A DNA stretch of 64,000 nucleotides. Origin: Scenedesmus sp. PABB004. Its lineage: Eukaryota. The notes below the pieces were generated by a model that was not told where the DNA came from, ran no database searches, and worked only from the letters and a program-made list of their open reading frames with translations. The DNA lies in assembly GCA_014905635.1 (NCBI GenBank), contig JABVCE010000030.1, forward strand, positions 186,001 to 250,000, written 5' to 3'. Below, piece after piece: positions 12,543 to 22,297 of the stretch. The position numbers and the translations under genes were made by a program. How positions within the stretch are numbered: the stretch's first letter is position 1; the number at the start of each line of letters is the position of its first letter.

Positions 12543-14048
12543 TCACATGCGCGGCGCGCCGGTGAGGGTGACGATGTGGTCGTAGCAGAGCGTGGTGAGA
12601 AAGTCGGAGTACTCCCGCCCGCTCACCGTGCCCGCCAGCAGGCGCTTGGCGAGGCCAAACTTGCTGCGCCCGAAGCGCGCCTCGCCCAGCGAGCTGGCGG
12701 CGGCGGGCGGCGGCGGCGGGCGGCGGGCCGGGCGGGCGTCGGGGCGCCGCCCCGCAGCGGCCGTGCGCAGCTGGCGCGGGCCTGCGGGCGCGCGGCGCCG
12801 CAGCCGCAGCCCTCCCTCTGCCCCCCCCCCCCTCCAAACACACACCCACGCACGCACCTGCGGAACTTGTCGGTCTCCTCGTCCAGCAGCTGCGACACCC
12901 ACGCCGCGGTCACGGGCCGGCCGTCGGCGGTGCGCGCCGCGTGGCGGACCCACTGCCAGACCTGGCTGCGGCTGATCTCGGCCGTCGCGGCGTCCTCCAT
13001 CAGGTTGTGCAGCGGCACGCAGCCCACGCCGCTGCGGGCCGCGGCGGCGCGGCGGCGTCAGCCGGCGCCGCCGCGGGGCCGTCGGCCGCGGCGGCAGGCG
13101 CGGCGCGGGCCCAGGCGCGCGGGGCGCGGCGCGGCGCGGCGCGGCGGTGGCGGCGGCGCGCGCCTGAGCCAGCTCTCCATGTAGGCGAGCGCGACGCTGA
13201 GGTTGCCGCGCAGGCCGTCCTCGGTGATGGAGCCGGGGAAGTTGATGTTCAGCAGGTCGGCCGCGGTCACCTGCGCGCGGAGCGCGGCGCACGCAGCAGC
13301 ACGCCGGCGGCGCGGGCGGCGGCGGCGTCAGCGCCCCGCCCCGGGCGGCGGCGCGGCGGCGCGGCCGGCGGAGGGCCCGCGTGCGGGCGGCAGGCGGCCG
13401 CCTCACGTGCACGTCGTCGCGGCGCCGGAAGATCTGGTTGCACTGCGGCATGTACTCGTTGTACTGCTCCATCGCGATCTGGGGAGGCAGTACAAGTGGG
13501 TTGGCGCGGCTGCGCGGCGGCGCGCGTCGTGCCTGTCTCCTCGCGCGCCGGCCGGCGCGCAGCGCGGCGCGCACCTGCACAAGCGCGGGGTGCGCGACCC
13601 AGGAGCCGTCGTGCCCGGCGAGCACCTCGCGCTGCTTGTCCGCGCGCACCTGCGGCGCACGGGCGCCGCGGCGGCGGCGCGGCGTGTGCGCCGGGCGCGG
13701 CAGCGCGGCGGCGCACGGCGCGCCCCCACGCGGCCGGGCGCGCCCCCGCGCGCCCGCCGGCCGCGCGCGGCGCATGCGGCGCGCCTTTGCGAGCGCGGCC
13801 TCGTTGGCGGCGGGGTCGCCCTTGATGGGGATCTGCGCGGCCATGCCGCCCATCGCGTGCACGCCGCGGCGGTGGCAGGTCTTGATGAGCAGCCGCACGT
13901 ACGCGTCCATGAACGGCGCCGTCATGCCCACATCACCGCTGCGGCGGAGGGCGGCCGGCGGGCTCGGCGCTCGGCGGTGCGCCCCCGCCGCCGCGCCCCC
14001 GCGCCCTGCCCCCGACTGGCGCTCCAAGGCCAGCCTCCCTCCTTCTTT

Positions 14049-14085
<37 letters not shown>

Positions 14086-15699
14086 CCTCTGCCCCACGCG
14101 CGCACCGGTTGGGCAGGACCATGCCCGGGTGGTTCCTGAACTTCTTGATGAAGCTAAAGATGTAGTCCCACCGCCCGCAGTTGAGCCCCGCGCTGTGCGG
14201 GCGCAGCTCGTAGATGATCTCGTCCATCTCAAACGCGGCGGTGATCGTCTCGATCAGCACCGTCGCGCGGATCGTGCCGCGCGGCACGCACAGCATGTCT
14301 GCGGGCGCGGACGCCGGCGGCGGCGCGCGGCGGCGTGGGCGCGCGCGGGCGCCGCGTCCGGCCGCGCGACCGGTCACGCGGCCGGCCGCCGCCGCAGACA
14401 CCAACGCGCTGCCGCCGCGCCCGTGGCCCCAGCAGGCGCCGCCGCGCCCGGCCCCGCGGGCGCCGCACCCTGCGCGAGGTTGAACGCGTCGTTCCAGAGC
14501 CGCGCCTCGAGGTGGCTCTCCATCTTGGGCAGGTAGAAGTAGGGCCCGCCGCCCGCCGTGGCGCTGAGGGCGGCGTTGTGGAAGAAATAGAGCCCAAAGT
14601 CAAAGAGGCTCGCCGACACGGGCGCCCCGTCGACGAGGAAGTGGGCCTCGTCGAGGTGCCACCCGCGCGGGCGCACGAGCAGCGTCGCGAGCTCGGCCGC
14701 CGGGCGCAGCCTGCCGCGGCGCGGCGGCGGGGTGGCGCGGGCGGGTGGGGCCGGGCCGCGGCGGCGGCGGCGCGGCGGCGGCGCTGCGAGCGCAGGCGGC
14801 GACGGCGCGCGCGTGCGCACCGGTACGTCTTGCCGCCGGGCGCGGTGAACGCGATGGTGCGGCGGTTGGCGTCGCGCAGGTTGACCTGGCCGTCGATGTT
14901 GTTGGCCCAGGTGGGCGCGTTGGAGTCTGCGGCGCGGGCGGGCCGGCGGCGCTCGTCGGCCGGCTGGCCGGCGCCGGCCAGCCGGCCTGGCCGCCGCGCC
15001 GCGCGGCGGCGGCCGCCGCCGCGGCCGGCGCGGCGCCCGCGCTGCCGCCCGCGCGGTCTCCTGAGCTGGTGGGGCCGCCCCGGCGCCCCCTGGCGCCTCT
15101 GCGCGGCCGAGTGAGTTGCGGTTGCTGGCGTCAGCCAGTCCGCGCACCCTCAAAGTCGGCCATGAACTGCGTGGCGCCGCTGTTGAGCGCGTTGATCACC
15201 ATCTTGCGGTCCACCGGGCCCGTGATCTCCACGCGGCGGTCCACCAGGCCGGGCGCGGGCGGCGCGCCCTGCCAGGTCGGGTCGGCGCGGATGCCGGCCG
15301 TCTCGGGCAGGAAGTCTGCGCGCAGCGCGCGTGGCGGGGCGTGACCTACCGCCCGCGCCGTGCGGCGCGGTCTGGCGACGCCCCCGCGCGCCGCGCCGCG
15401 CTGGCAGCAGCATGCCGCGCGTCGCGGGCGCCTGGCGCGCGTGCGCGCCCCGGTCCCGCCGGCGCGCCCGCCCGGGCGGCGTCCGACACGCATGCCTGTC
15501 CCCCCGCCTCACCGGGCAGCACGCCGGCGTCGATTTCATACTGCCGGGTCACCCGGCGGTGCAGCAGCTCCTTGCGGCGCGCGTCGAAGCAGCGGTGCAG
15601 CGTCGCGACGAAGCGCTGCGCCTCGACGCTGAGGATGTCGGCCTGCTCCGGCGCGACGTGGCCCAGCACCTGCACGCCGGGCGCGGTCTGCACGGGCAT
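12543..15699 (-). CDS. MS: Malate synthase (glyoxylate cycle), multi-exon
   Basis: [114 protein letters not shown]. Ends PRM*. Confidence 0.97.
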
Positions 15700-15822
15700 G
15701 GCGTTCACGGCGCGGGAACGGGCGGGCGGGGCGCGTGACGGAGCGAGGCCGCGATCGGGGCGAGCGCGGAGGAGTGGCGGCGGCCGCGCGCGCGCGCCGG
15801 CTGAGTTTTTTTTTTTAACGCG

Positions 15823-15838
15823 CGTCACCCGTCGTCGC
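15823..15838. repeat. Direct repeat copy 1 (candidate target-site duplication)
   Basis: Exact match to 16819-16834. Confidence 0.8.
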
Positions 15839-16015
15839 TCCCCGGCGTGCTCCCCGGCCTCGCTACCGCCGTGGGAGCGCCGGCCGGTGGTCTCAACACC
15901 GGCGGCTGGGGGGATGGGGGCTGCCGGGGCGCCCCGAGGGGCGTCCCGGCGCCGCGGGCGCGCGGCGCGCGTGCGCGGCGCTGCCACCGCCGCGCGCGCG
16001 CGCCGCCGCCGCCAA

Positions 16016-16262
16016 CACCGACCATGGGCATCCTCTGATCGCCGGCCGCCTGAAACAGGCCACTGCGGCGCGAGGCATAACGGTTTGGGACCGGCCCGCA
16101 GGTCGGTGCCCCCCGCGAGGGGGTCCCCCCCCCCCCCCCCGGAACGGGTGACCATGCGAGAAGCACACGCGCACACGCCTGACCTAACCTGGCAACACAC
16201 AACAGCAAGAGGCCTTTTAACGTCCTGCCCAGGACGGAGAGCGCAGCGCAGGCACACGCCGC
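16016..16262 (-). ncRNA. Candidate Fanzor omega-RNA scaffold region (hairpin-rich)
   Basis: Immediately 3' of the Fanzor stop, with several stems visible. RNA identity is inference. Confidence 0.3.
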
Positions 16263-16818
16263 TCACGCCGGGGGGTCCACCGCGGCGGCGGCCGCCTGCC
16301 GGAACGCGCCGGCGAGGCGCGCGCCGCCCGCCGTGCCGCGGCCGCCGCGCAGCAACTCGTGCAGCGTGAGCGCGCAGATGTTGCGCGCCGCGTTGTCGTC
16401 GCGCGGCGCGACGACCGTGCACCCGGGGCACTGCATCAGACCATAGATTCCCCGCAGCTTTTCCATGCGCGCCCCGCAAACAGAGCAGGTGATGCTGGTC
16501 CGGTGCTCGTCCATGAGCACCGCGGCGACGCGCCGGCGCGCGTAGTACGTGCGCAGCAGCGCCAGCAGCGCCTGCCGCGGCGGCCCCGGCCCGCCGCGGC
16601 GGCCCCGGCCCCGAGATGCAGCCGCCCATGCCCAGGCTGGCGTCCCCGATGCCCAGCACCACCGCGGGCAGGTCGGCGGGCAGGCGCACGTGCGGCCGGA
16701 CGCGCCCGCGCACAAAGACCCGGCCGTATGCAGTCAAATGAATCGCCGCATGCAGCGCGCGCTGCTTCAGCCCGTGCTTCCGCAGCCGCCACGCACACTC
16801 GTCGTTGTAACGCGCACC
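16263..16818 (-). pseudogene. Fanzor/TnpB-family RNA-guided nuclease, C-terminal fragment, frameshifted
   Basis: Bridge-helix-like WRLRKHGLKQRALH, VVLGIGDASLG, MDEHRTSITCSVCG (RuvC-II Glu plus CxxC), QCPGC, RDDNAARNI (RuvC-III). No N-terminal half, no introns. Confidence 0.88.
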
Positions 16819-16834
16819 CGTCACCCGTCGTCGC
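16819..16834. repeat. Direct repeat copy 2 (candidate target-site duplication)
   Basis: Exact match to 15823-15838. Confidence 0.8.
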
Positions 16835-16893
16835 ACGTCACTGCGCCCGGAATTGAGGCCTCTCTCCCTGCCTGCCGCCAGCGTCTTGTGGCG

Positions 16894-18261
16894 CTATAGC
16901 CGCGGCGCCGGAGTGCCGCCGGCGAGGCGCGCCGCCGCCGCGCGGAGGGGCGCGTGCGCGGCGTCGTACGTTGCCGCGCCGACGGCGGCGCGCACGCGCG
17001 CCATCCAGGCGCGGACCTCCGGGTGCGGCGCCAGCAGCTGCTCCATCTGGGGCGCCGACGGCTCGGCGGCGAGCAGCCTGCGGCGCGGCGGCGGGGCGCG
17101 TGACGCGGGCGGGGCGCGTGACGCGCGCGCGCGAGACACGTGCGCCCTCGCCCCGCGAGGCTTTCCCGCGGGGCGCGGGACCAATGGGCGCGAGCCTGTG
17201 GTGTAACTGTCTTTGTCTTTGTCTTTTTCCCGCGCCCGCCCGGCGCGGCCCGCGCCTCGCCTGAGCTGCTCGAGCTCGCAGACGCAGAGCAGGTCGGGCG
17301 CGGAGGCGTGCTGCCCGGTCATGAACGGCCGGCCGGCGAGCCAGTAGGCCTCGAGGTCCTTCAGCGCCGCCGCGAGCACCGCCGCGCCGTGCGCCGCGAC
17401 CTCCTTGGACGCGGGGGCCTTGAACACGCGCGGGCCTGCCGCGCCGCGCGCACGGGCGCGCGTGCGCGCGTGAGCGCCGCGCGCGTCGCGCACACTCGCG
17501 GCGGGCGGGCGGCGGCGCCCCACCAAGCACGGTGTGCCCGACGAGGCGAGTGCCGCCCAGGCGCACGGTGAGGTGCTGCCAGTGCAGCGCAGATTCAAAC
17601 GCCGCCGCCGCCGCCGCGTCGGCGCCGGCGCAGCCGCGCGCCGGGTGCCACGCCGCCGGCAGGCCGTACTTGTCTGCGGTGCCCCGGCCCCGGCGGCGGC
17701 GGCCGCTCGCGCCCGGGCGCACCGCCCGCTTCGCGCGCGCCCCCTCGCGCCCGGGGGCCCCGCGCGCCGCCGGCGCACCGACCTGCGAGGTAGGTCAGGA
17801 TCGCCGCGCTCTCGGGCAGGCGCAGCGCGCCGTCGACCAGGAACGGCACCTGCGGGCCGAGAGGGAGGGGAGGGGCGTGAGCACGGCGCGGCGGTCGCGC
17901 GTGAGCACACGCCGCGGCCGCGGGGCGGCGGCGGCGGCGTGCCGGCATCGCTTCGCACCTTGGCGAGCGGGTTGAGCGCGGTGAAGGCGGGCAGGCGCTG
18001 CTCGCCGCGGTCGAGGCGCAGCAGGCGGACCTCCACCGGCAGCGCGTGCACCCTGCAGGGCGGCCGCGCGCGCGGCGGGCGCCAGGGCTCGCGCGCGGCG
18101 GCGCGCGGGAGTTTGGGCGGCGCCGCGCGCCAGACCCCGCGGCCGGCGCACTTGACCAGGATCCAGGCCGCGCGGCTGGGCTGGCTGATGAGGTCGACGT
18201 AGAGCACCGGCGCGGCGCCCCCGGGCGGCGCCGGCGCGGCCATCGGCGCCGGCGCGGCCAT
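16894..18261 (-). CDS. GSTT: Glutathione S-transferase, theta class
   Basis: LYVDLISQPSRA (theta catalytic Ser), NPLAKVPFLVDG, LPESAAILTYLA, SAPDLLCVCELEQL, HPEVRAWMARV. Ends PRL*. Confidence 0.9.
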   Translation of the reverse strand: MAAPAPMAAPAPPGGAAPVLYVDLISQPSRAAWILVKCAGRGVWRAAPPKLPRAAAREPWRPPRARPPCRVHALPVEVRLLRLDRGEQRLPAFTALNPLAKVRSDAGTPPPPPRGRGVCSRATAAPCSRPSPPSRPAGAVPGRRRAAPARERGDPDLPRRSVRRRRAGPPGARGRARSGRCARARAAAAAGAGAPQTSTACRRRGTRRAAAPAPTRRRRRRLNLRCTGSTSPCAWAALASSGTPCLVGRRRPPAASVRDARGAHARTRARARGAAGPRVFKAPASKEVAAHGAAVLAAALKDLEAYWLAGRPFMTGQHASAPDLLCVCELEQLRRGAGRAGRAREKDKDKDSYTTGSRPLVPRPAGKPRGARAHVSRARASRAPPASRAPPPRRRLLAAEPSAPQMEQLLAPHPEVRAWMARVRAAVGAATYDAAHAPLRAAAARLAGGTPAPRL

Positions 18262-18737
18262 CGCAGCAGCGAGAGAGAGCGGCGGCGGCCGGGCGGCAGG
18301 GGCGCGCGCTGCGGCCGCCGGCTGCGCAGCCGCCGGGCGCTGCTGCCCAGCCGGCGGGTGCTGCCGACGGCGCCCGGGTGCTGGCGGCGCGGCGGGCGCA
18401 GGCGGCGCGGCGGCGCGCGAGCAGTGGCGGCGCGCGAGCAGCGGCGGCGCGGCGGCGGGCGCGGTGGTGCGGCGGGGGGGGGGGGGTCGTGTGCAGCTCC
18501 CTGGAGCAGCCACGGGACGAGCAGCGCGACCCGTCATTGACGAAAGTGACCAGACCGCGATCGCGACCGCTGGGCGCCCGTCGTGTCCCGCCTGCCTCGC
18601 GTGCGGGCAATCCGCGATCTCCCGCGTCCTCCTGGCCCGCGTCCGCGCGCGTTCGGCCAGCATCTGCGCCCGCGCGCCACGCTGTCCTGGCCTGCGCGCG
18701 CGCCCGTCGCGCATTCGGGCGGTCCCGGGCCCGCAGC

Positions 18738-20070
18738 ATGCAGGCGCTGCGCTCACAGGCGGCGCGGGCGCGCGCGGGGCGGTGCGGCGCCGCGGCGCGC
18801 GCCGGCAGCAGCGCCCGCGCGCCGCTGCGCGTGCGGGCGGCGGCGGGCGCCGGCGCGCCCCGCGTGGTCGTCACCCGCGAGGCGGGCAAGAACGGCAAGC
18901 TCGTGGCGGCGCTGGCGCGGCACGGCGTGGAGTGCGTGGAGCTGCCGCTGATCTGCCACGCGCCCGGGCCCGACAGGCGCGGGAGCGGCGCGCCGCAGCG
19001 CGGCGGCGACCGCGGCGGCCGCGGCGCGCGCGCACACACGCGCCTGACGCCGCTGCCGTCGCGCACGGCGCGCAGGGACGCGCTGCCGGGCCTGCTGCAG
19101 GCGGGCGGCTTTGACTGGGTCGCCTGCACGTCGCCGGAGAGCGCGGCCGTGTTCATCGAGGGCTGGCGCGCGGCCGGCAAGCCCAAGGTGCGTGGGGGCG
19201 CGTGCTTCGCCGCACACGGCGCCGCTCCGGCCGCAGCGCAGCGCCGCGCTGGCGGGGCCCCCGCAGCGCGCGACCGACCCGGCCCGCGCTCGCCGCGGCG
19301 TGCGCGCGCCGCAGGTGCGCGTGGCGGTCGTGGGCGGCGGCACGGGCGAGGTGCTCGAGGCGGCGGGCGTGCAGCCAGAGTTCACCGCAACCAAGGTGCG
19401 TGCGCGCGTGGTCGCACGGTGGGGGGAAGGGGCCGCGGCCGCCGCCGCTCCGGCCGACCGCCGCTGCTGCCGCCGGCGGCCGCGCCGCGCGCGGCCGCAG
19501 GCGCTGGGCAAGGTGATGGGGTCGGAGCTGCCGCACGTGCCCGGCGGCAGCGGCGTGGTGCTGTACCCGGCGAGCGTGAAGGCCTCGACCGACCTGCAGG
19601 ACAGCCTCGCGGCCGCGGGCTTCACCGTGCGCCGCATCAACACATACAACACGGTGGGCCCGCCGCCGCGCCCTAGGGGCGGGCCGCAGCACGCACCACG
19701 CGCGCGCAGCGACGGCGGCAGCGCAGCGCCGCGCCGAGCGCGGGGCGCCACACGCCGCCGGCGCGCGCAGGTGGGCGTCGACGCGGGCAGCGTGGCCCCC
19801 GACCTGCTGGCGGCGGCGCTCGCGGCCGACGCGGTGACGTTTGGCTCGCCCTCCGCCGTCAAGGCCTGGGTCGCGCTGGTGGGGCTCGACGCGGCGGCGG
19901 CCAAGCTCTCGGTCTGCATCGGCTCCACCTCGGCGCGCGCGTGCGACTCAGCGGGGCTGCCGGCCGATCGCGTCGTCTTCCCCGACGCGCCGGGCATCGA
20001 CGCGTGGGCGGGCTGCGTGCTGAGCGCGCTGCGCTCGATCGACCGGCTGCCCGCCGCCAGCGTCGCATGA
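18738..20070 (+). CDS. UROS: Uroporphyrinogen-III synthase with plastid transit peptide
   Basis: VVVTREAGKNGKL, FDWVACTSPESAAVF, VAVVGGGT, VLYPASVKAS, RINTYNT, TFGSPSAVKAW, CIGSTSARA. Confidence 0.92.
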
Positions 20071-20377
20071 GCGGCGGCACGGGCAGCGCGCGCGCGCACG
20101 CGCGCGTGCGTGTTGGGGGGAGCAGAGGGCCAGCAGCAGCAGCAGCAGCAGCAGCAGGGGCGCAAACCCAACCAAAGCAGGGCGAGAGTAACGCTTCTCG
20201 TGTGCGCCTTCCTCCCAACCACAGCGGCCGCGCGGCTGCCGGCGCTCAGCGGCCCTGGCGCGCACAAACCTGCGGGCGGCGGCAGGCGGGGGCGGGGGTC
20301 AGCGGCGCCGCGGCGGCGCGAGCACAATGTGCTCGATCACTCGCGACACGCGCACACACACGCACGCACGCCGCGCG

Positions 20378-20456
20378 TGGCCTCGGAAGCTAGGTCTCGG
20401 CAAGCCCGAGGGCTTACGGTGGTTGATCCTAATGTTTAGCAGTTCATCACTGGCCA
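20378..20456 (-). ncRNA. Box C/D snoRNA candidate with guide to the 5' end of 18S rRNA
   Basis: Terminal stem TGGCC/GGCCA, box C GTGATGA, variant D box CCGA, internal hairpin AAGCCC-TC-GGGCTT, antisense AGGATCAACCA complementary to 18S UGGUUGAUCCU. Confidence 0.7.
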
Positions 20457-20517
20457 GGCATGCACGCACGCACGCATCAGCGGCACGCAGCGGCACGCAG
20501 CGCAGCAGCGGCAGCCG

Positions 20518-20609
20518 CGCGGCTCAGGTTGTCAGAGGTGTTTGTTTCTACAAGGGCCGCGAGCGGCCGCTTCAGTAGAACGAAAGTTTGTTCGATCATC
20601 TCGGCCGCG
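20518..20609 (-). ncRNA. Box C/D snoRNA, U59/snR54-like, double guide to 18S rRNA
   Basis: Terminal stem CGCGGC/GCCGCG, C-like GAGATGA, D' CTGA preceded by AACTTTCGTTCT (18[13 protein letters not shown]), D CTGA preceded by CACCTCTGACAA (18S UUGUCAGAGGUG). Confidence 0.88.
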
Positions 20610-21127
20610 GCGGCGACGCGGCGGCGCCAGGCGCGCGCACACGAGAGCGGGCTGCTGCTGCTCCAGCCGCCGGCGGCCGCCCCGCGCCGCCGCGCACCTG
20701 TGGGTTCAGCAGCGCTGCGTTCGGGGGTCGGCCGCCCGGTGGCACGCGGAGGGCGGGCCGGGCGCGCCCTGTGGCGTCGCGGGCGGCGCTGGCGGGCGGG
20801 CGGCATCCTGCCCCCGTGGCGGCTGGGGTTGGCGCGGCCGCCGGGCGGGCCGGAGGGGCGCTGCTCGGGCGGCCACAGGTGCGGGGAACTGGCAGCGGGG
20901 GGAGCAGCGGATGAGCCGCGGGGGACGAACTGTCAATGACGCAAGCCCGCCAGGCGCCTGCGCCGCCTGATCAGGCCCACAGCGCAGCCACCCGCCCGCC
21001 AGCGTCGACGCCCCCGGCCGCGAGCCGCAGCAGCAGCAGCAGCAGCAGCAGCAGCACACCGCGCAAGCCCCAGGCGCCCCAGAGGCTGTGACCGCGCGCG
21101 CCCCTGATCACGCCCTGCGCCACCACC

Positions 21128-22112
21128 ATGCTGCCGGCGCTGGCGGCGTGCGCGGCGCCGGCGGCGCGGCGCGGCGCCGCCGGCCTGGCAGCGGCGGCGA
21201 CCGCGGCGCGCGGCAGCTGGCTGTGCAGCGGGCGCGGCGTCGCGACGGGTGGGCCGGGATCGCGCCCGGGCCGCGCCCGCGCGCGCATGCGGCCGGGCGC
21301 AGTTTGGCGCGTGGGCGCCCACGGAGCGCCGTCGCCGCGGCGGCCCCCGCGCGCAGACGCGTCGCCGGTGCACGAGGTCGCGAGCAGCGCCGAGTTTGAC
21401 GGCATCATGCAGCAACTCAAGGGTGCGCGCGCGTTCCGCGCCCGCTGCCGGGCGGCGCCGAGCAGCAGCCGCGCGGCGGGGCGGCTCGCCGCGCGCCGCC
21501 GCCGAAGCCCTGCGTGCGGGCCTCGGCGCGTGTTCGCCGCCCCGTGGCCGGCGCCGCAGACGCCAACGGCGTGGGCATCATCGACTTCACCGCCAAGTGG
21601 TGCGGCCCCTGTGAGTGCGCGCCGGCCGGGCGCCCCGTGGCGCCGCGGGCGCGCGCGGCGCCGTCTCCCGCAGCGGCGGCCACCGCCGCGGCGCTGTGAC
21701 TGCCGCGCCGCCACCGCCGCCGCCGCCGCGGCCGCGGGGTCGGCGCAGGCAAGGCGATCGCGCCGGTGTTTGAGCAGCTCGCGCGGCAGTACCCGGGCGT
21801 GCGCTTCCTGAAGGTCGACATCGACAACGACGCGCTCGCCACGGTGGTGCAGGACCATGGCATCACCGGCGTGGTGCGACGCCGCCGCCGCGCGGCCGGC
21901 GCGGCGGGGACGCGCGCACGGCGGCGCGCGCCGCGCCGGTCGTTTGTGTGAGTGAGTGGGGCGAGCGTTGACTGACGGGCGCCGCGCCGCGCGTTGCCGC
22001 CGCCGCCGCCGCGCAGCCGACGTTCTCGCTCTACAAGGGCGCGCGCAAGGTGGAGAACTTCACGGGCGCGCGGCTGGACCTGCTCAAGGCGGTGCTGCAG
22101 AAGCACGGCTGA
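21128..22112 (+). CDS. Thioredoxin, probably mitochondrial o-type
   Basis: IIDFTAKWCGPC|KAIAPVFEQL, FLKVDID, ITGV|PTFSLYKG. Arg/Ala-rich presequence. Confidence 0.92.
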
Positions 22113-22297
22113 CCGTGGGGCGGGGCGCAGGGTGTGACCGCACGACCGCGAGCCCTGGCCGCCGCAGCACACAGCCCGCCGCCGCAGCGCGCGCCCTTGC
22201 GTCGGCCGGTCCAGAGCCCCGCTCGTTCACCGCTCGATCTGTTGGAGCGCTCGCCCGGGCTTGAGCGGGCAGGGCCGCAGCAGCGGCGGTTGCGGCG

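Larger units (their letters stand above)
15823..16834 (-). mobile_element. ~1-kb putative insertion carrying a truncated Fanzor, bounded by 16-bp direct repeats
   Basis: cgtcacccgtcgtcgc occurs at 15823-15838 and 16819-16834; Fanzor-like coding sequence begins just inside the second copy. Confidence 0.6.
20270..20697 (-). other. Putative intron of a non-coding snoRNA host transcript
   Basis: CAG|GTGCGC donor at 20697; CTGAC branch site, C-rich tract and CAG acceptor at 20270. Encloses both snoRNAs; no credible ORF. Confidence 0.5.

Noticed and set aside
16030..16130. Possible hammerhead or HDV-like ribozyme near the Fanzor end
   Set aside because: CUGA, GAAA and CCUCGC fragments are present but I could not build the required core pairings.
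20421..20450. U13-like snoRNA on the + strand, or an rRNA gene fragment
   Set aside because: No box C follows on +; the rRNA matches are only 11-12 nt and sit beside D boxes on the - strand.
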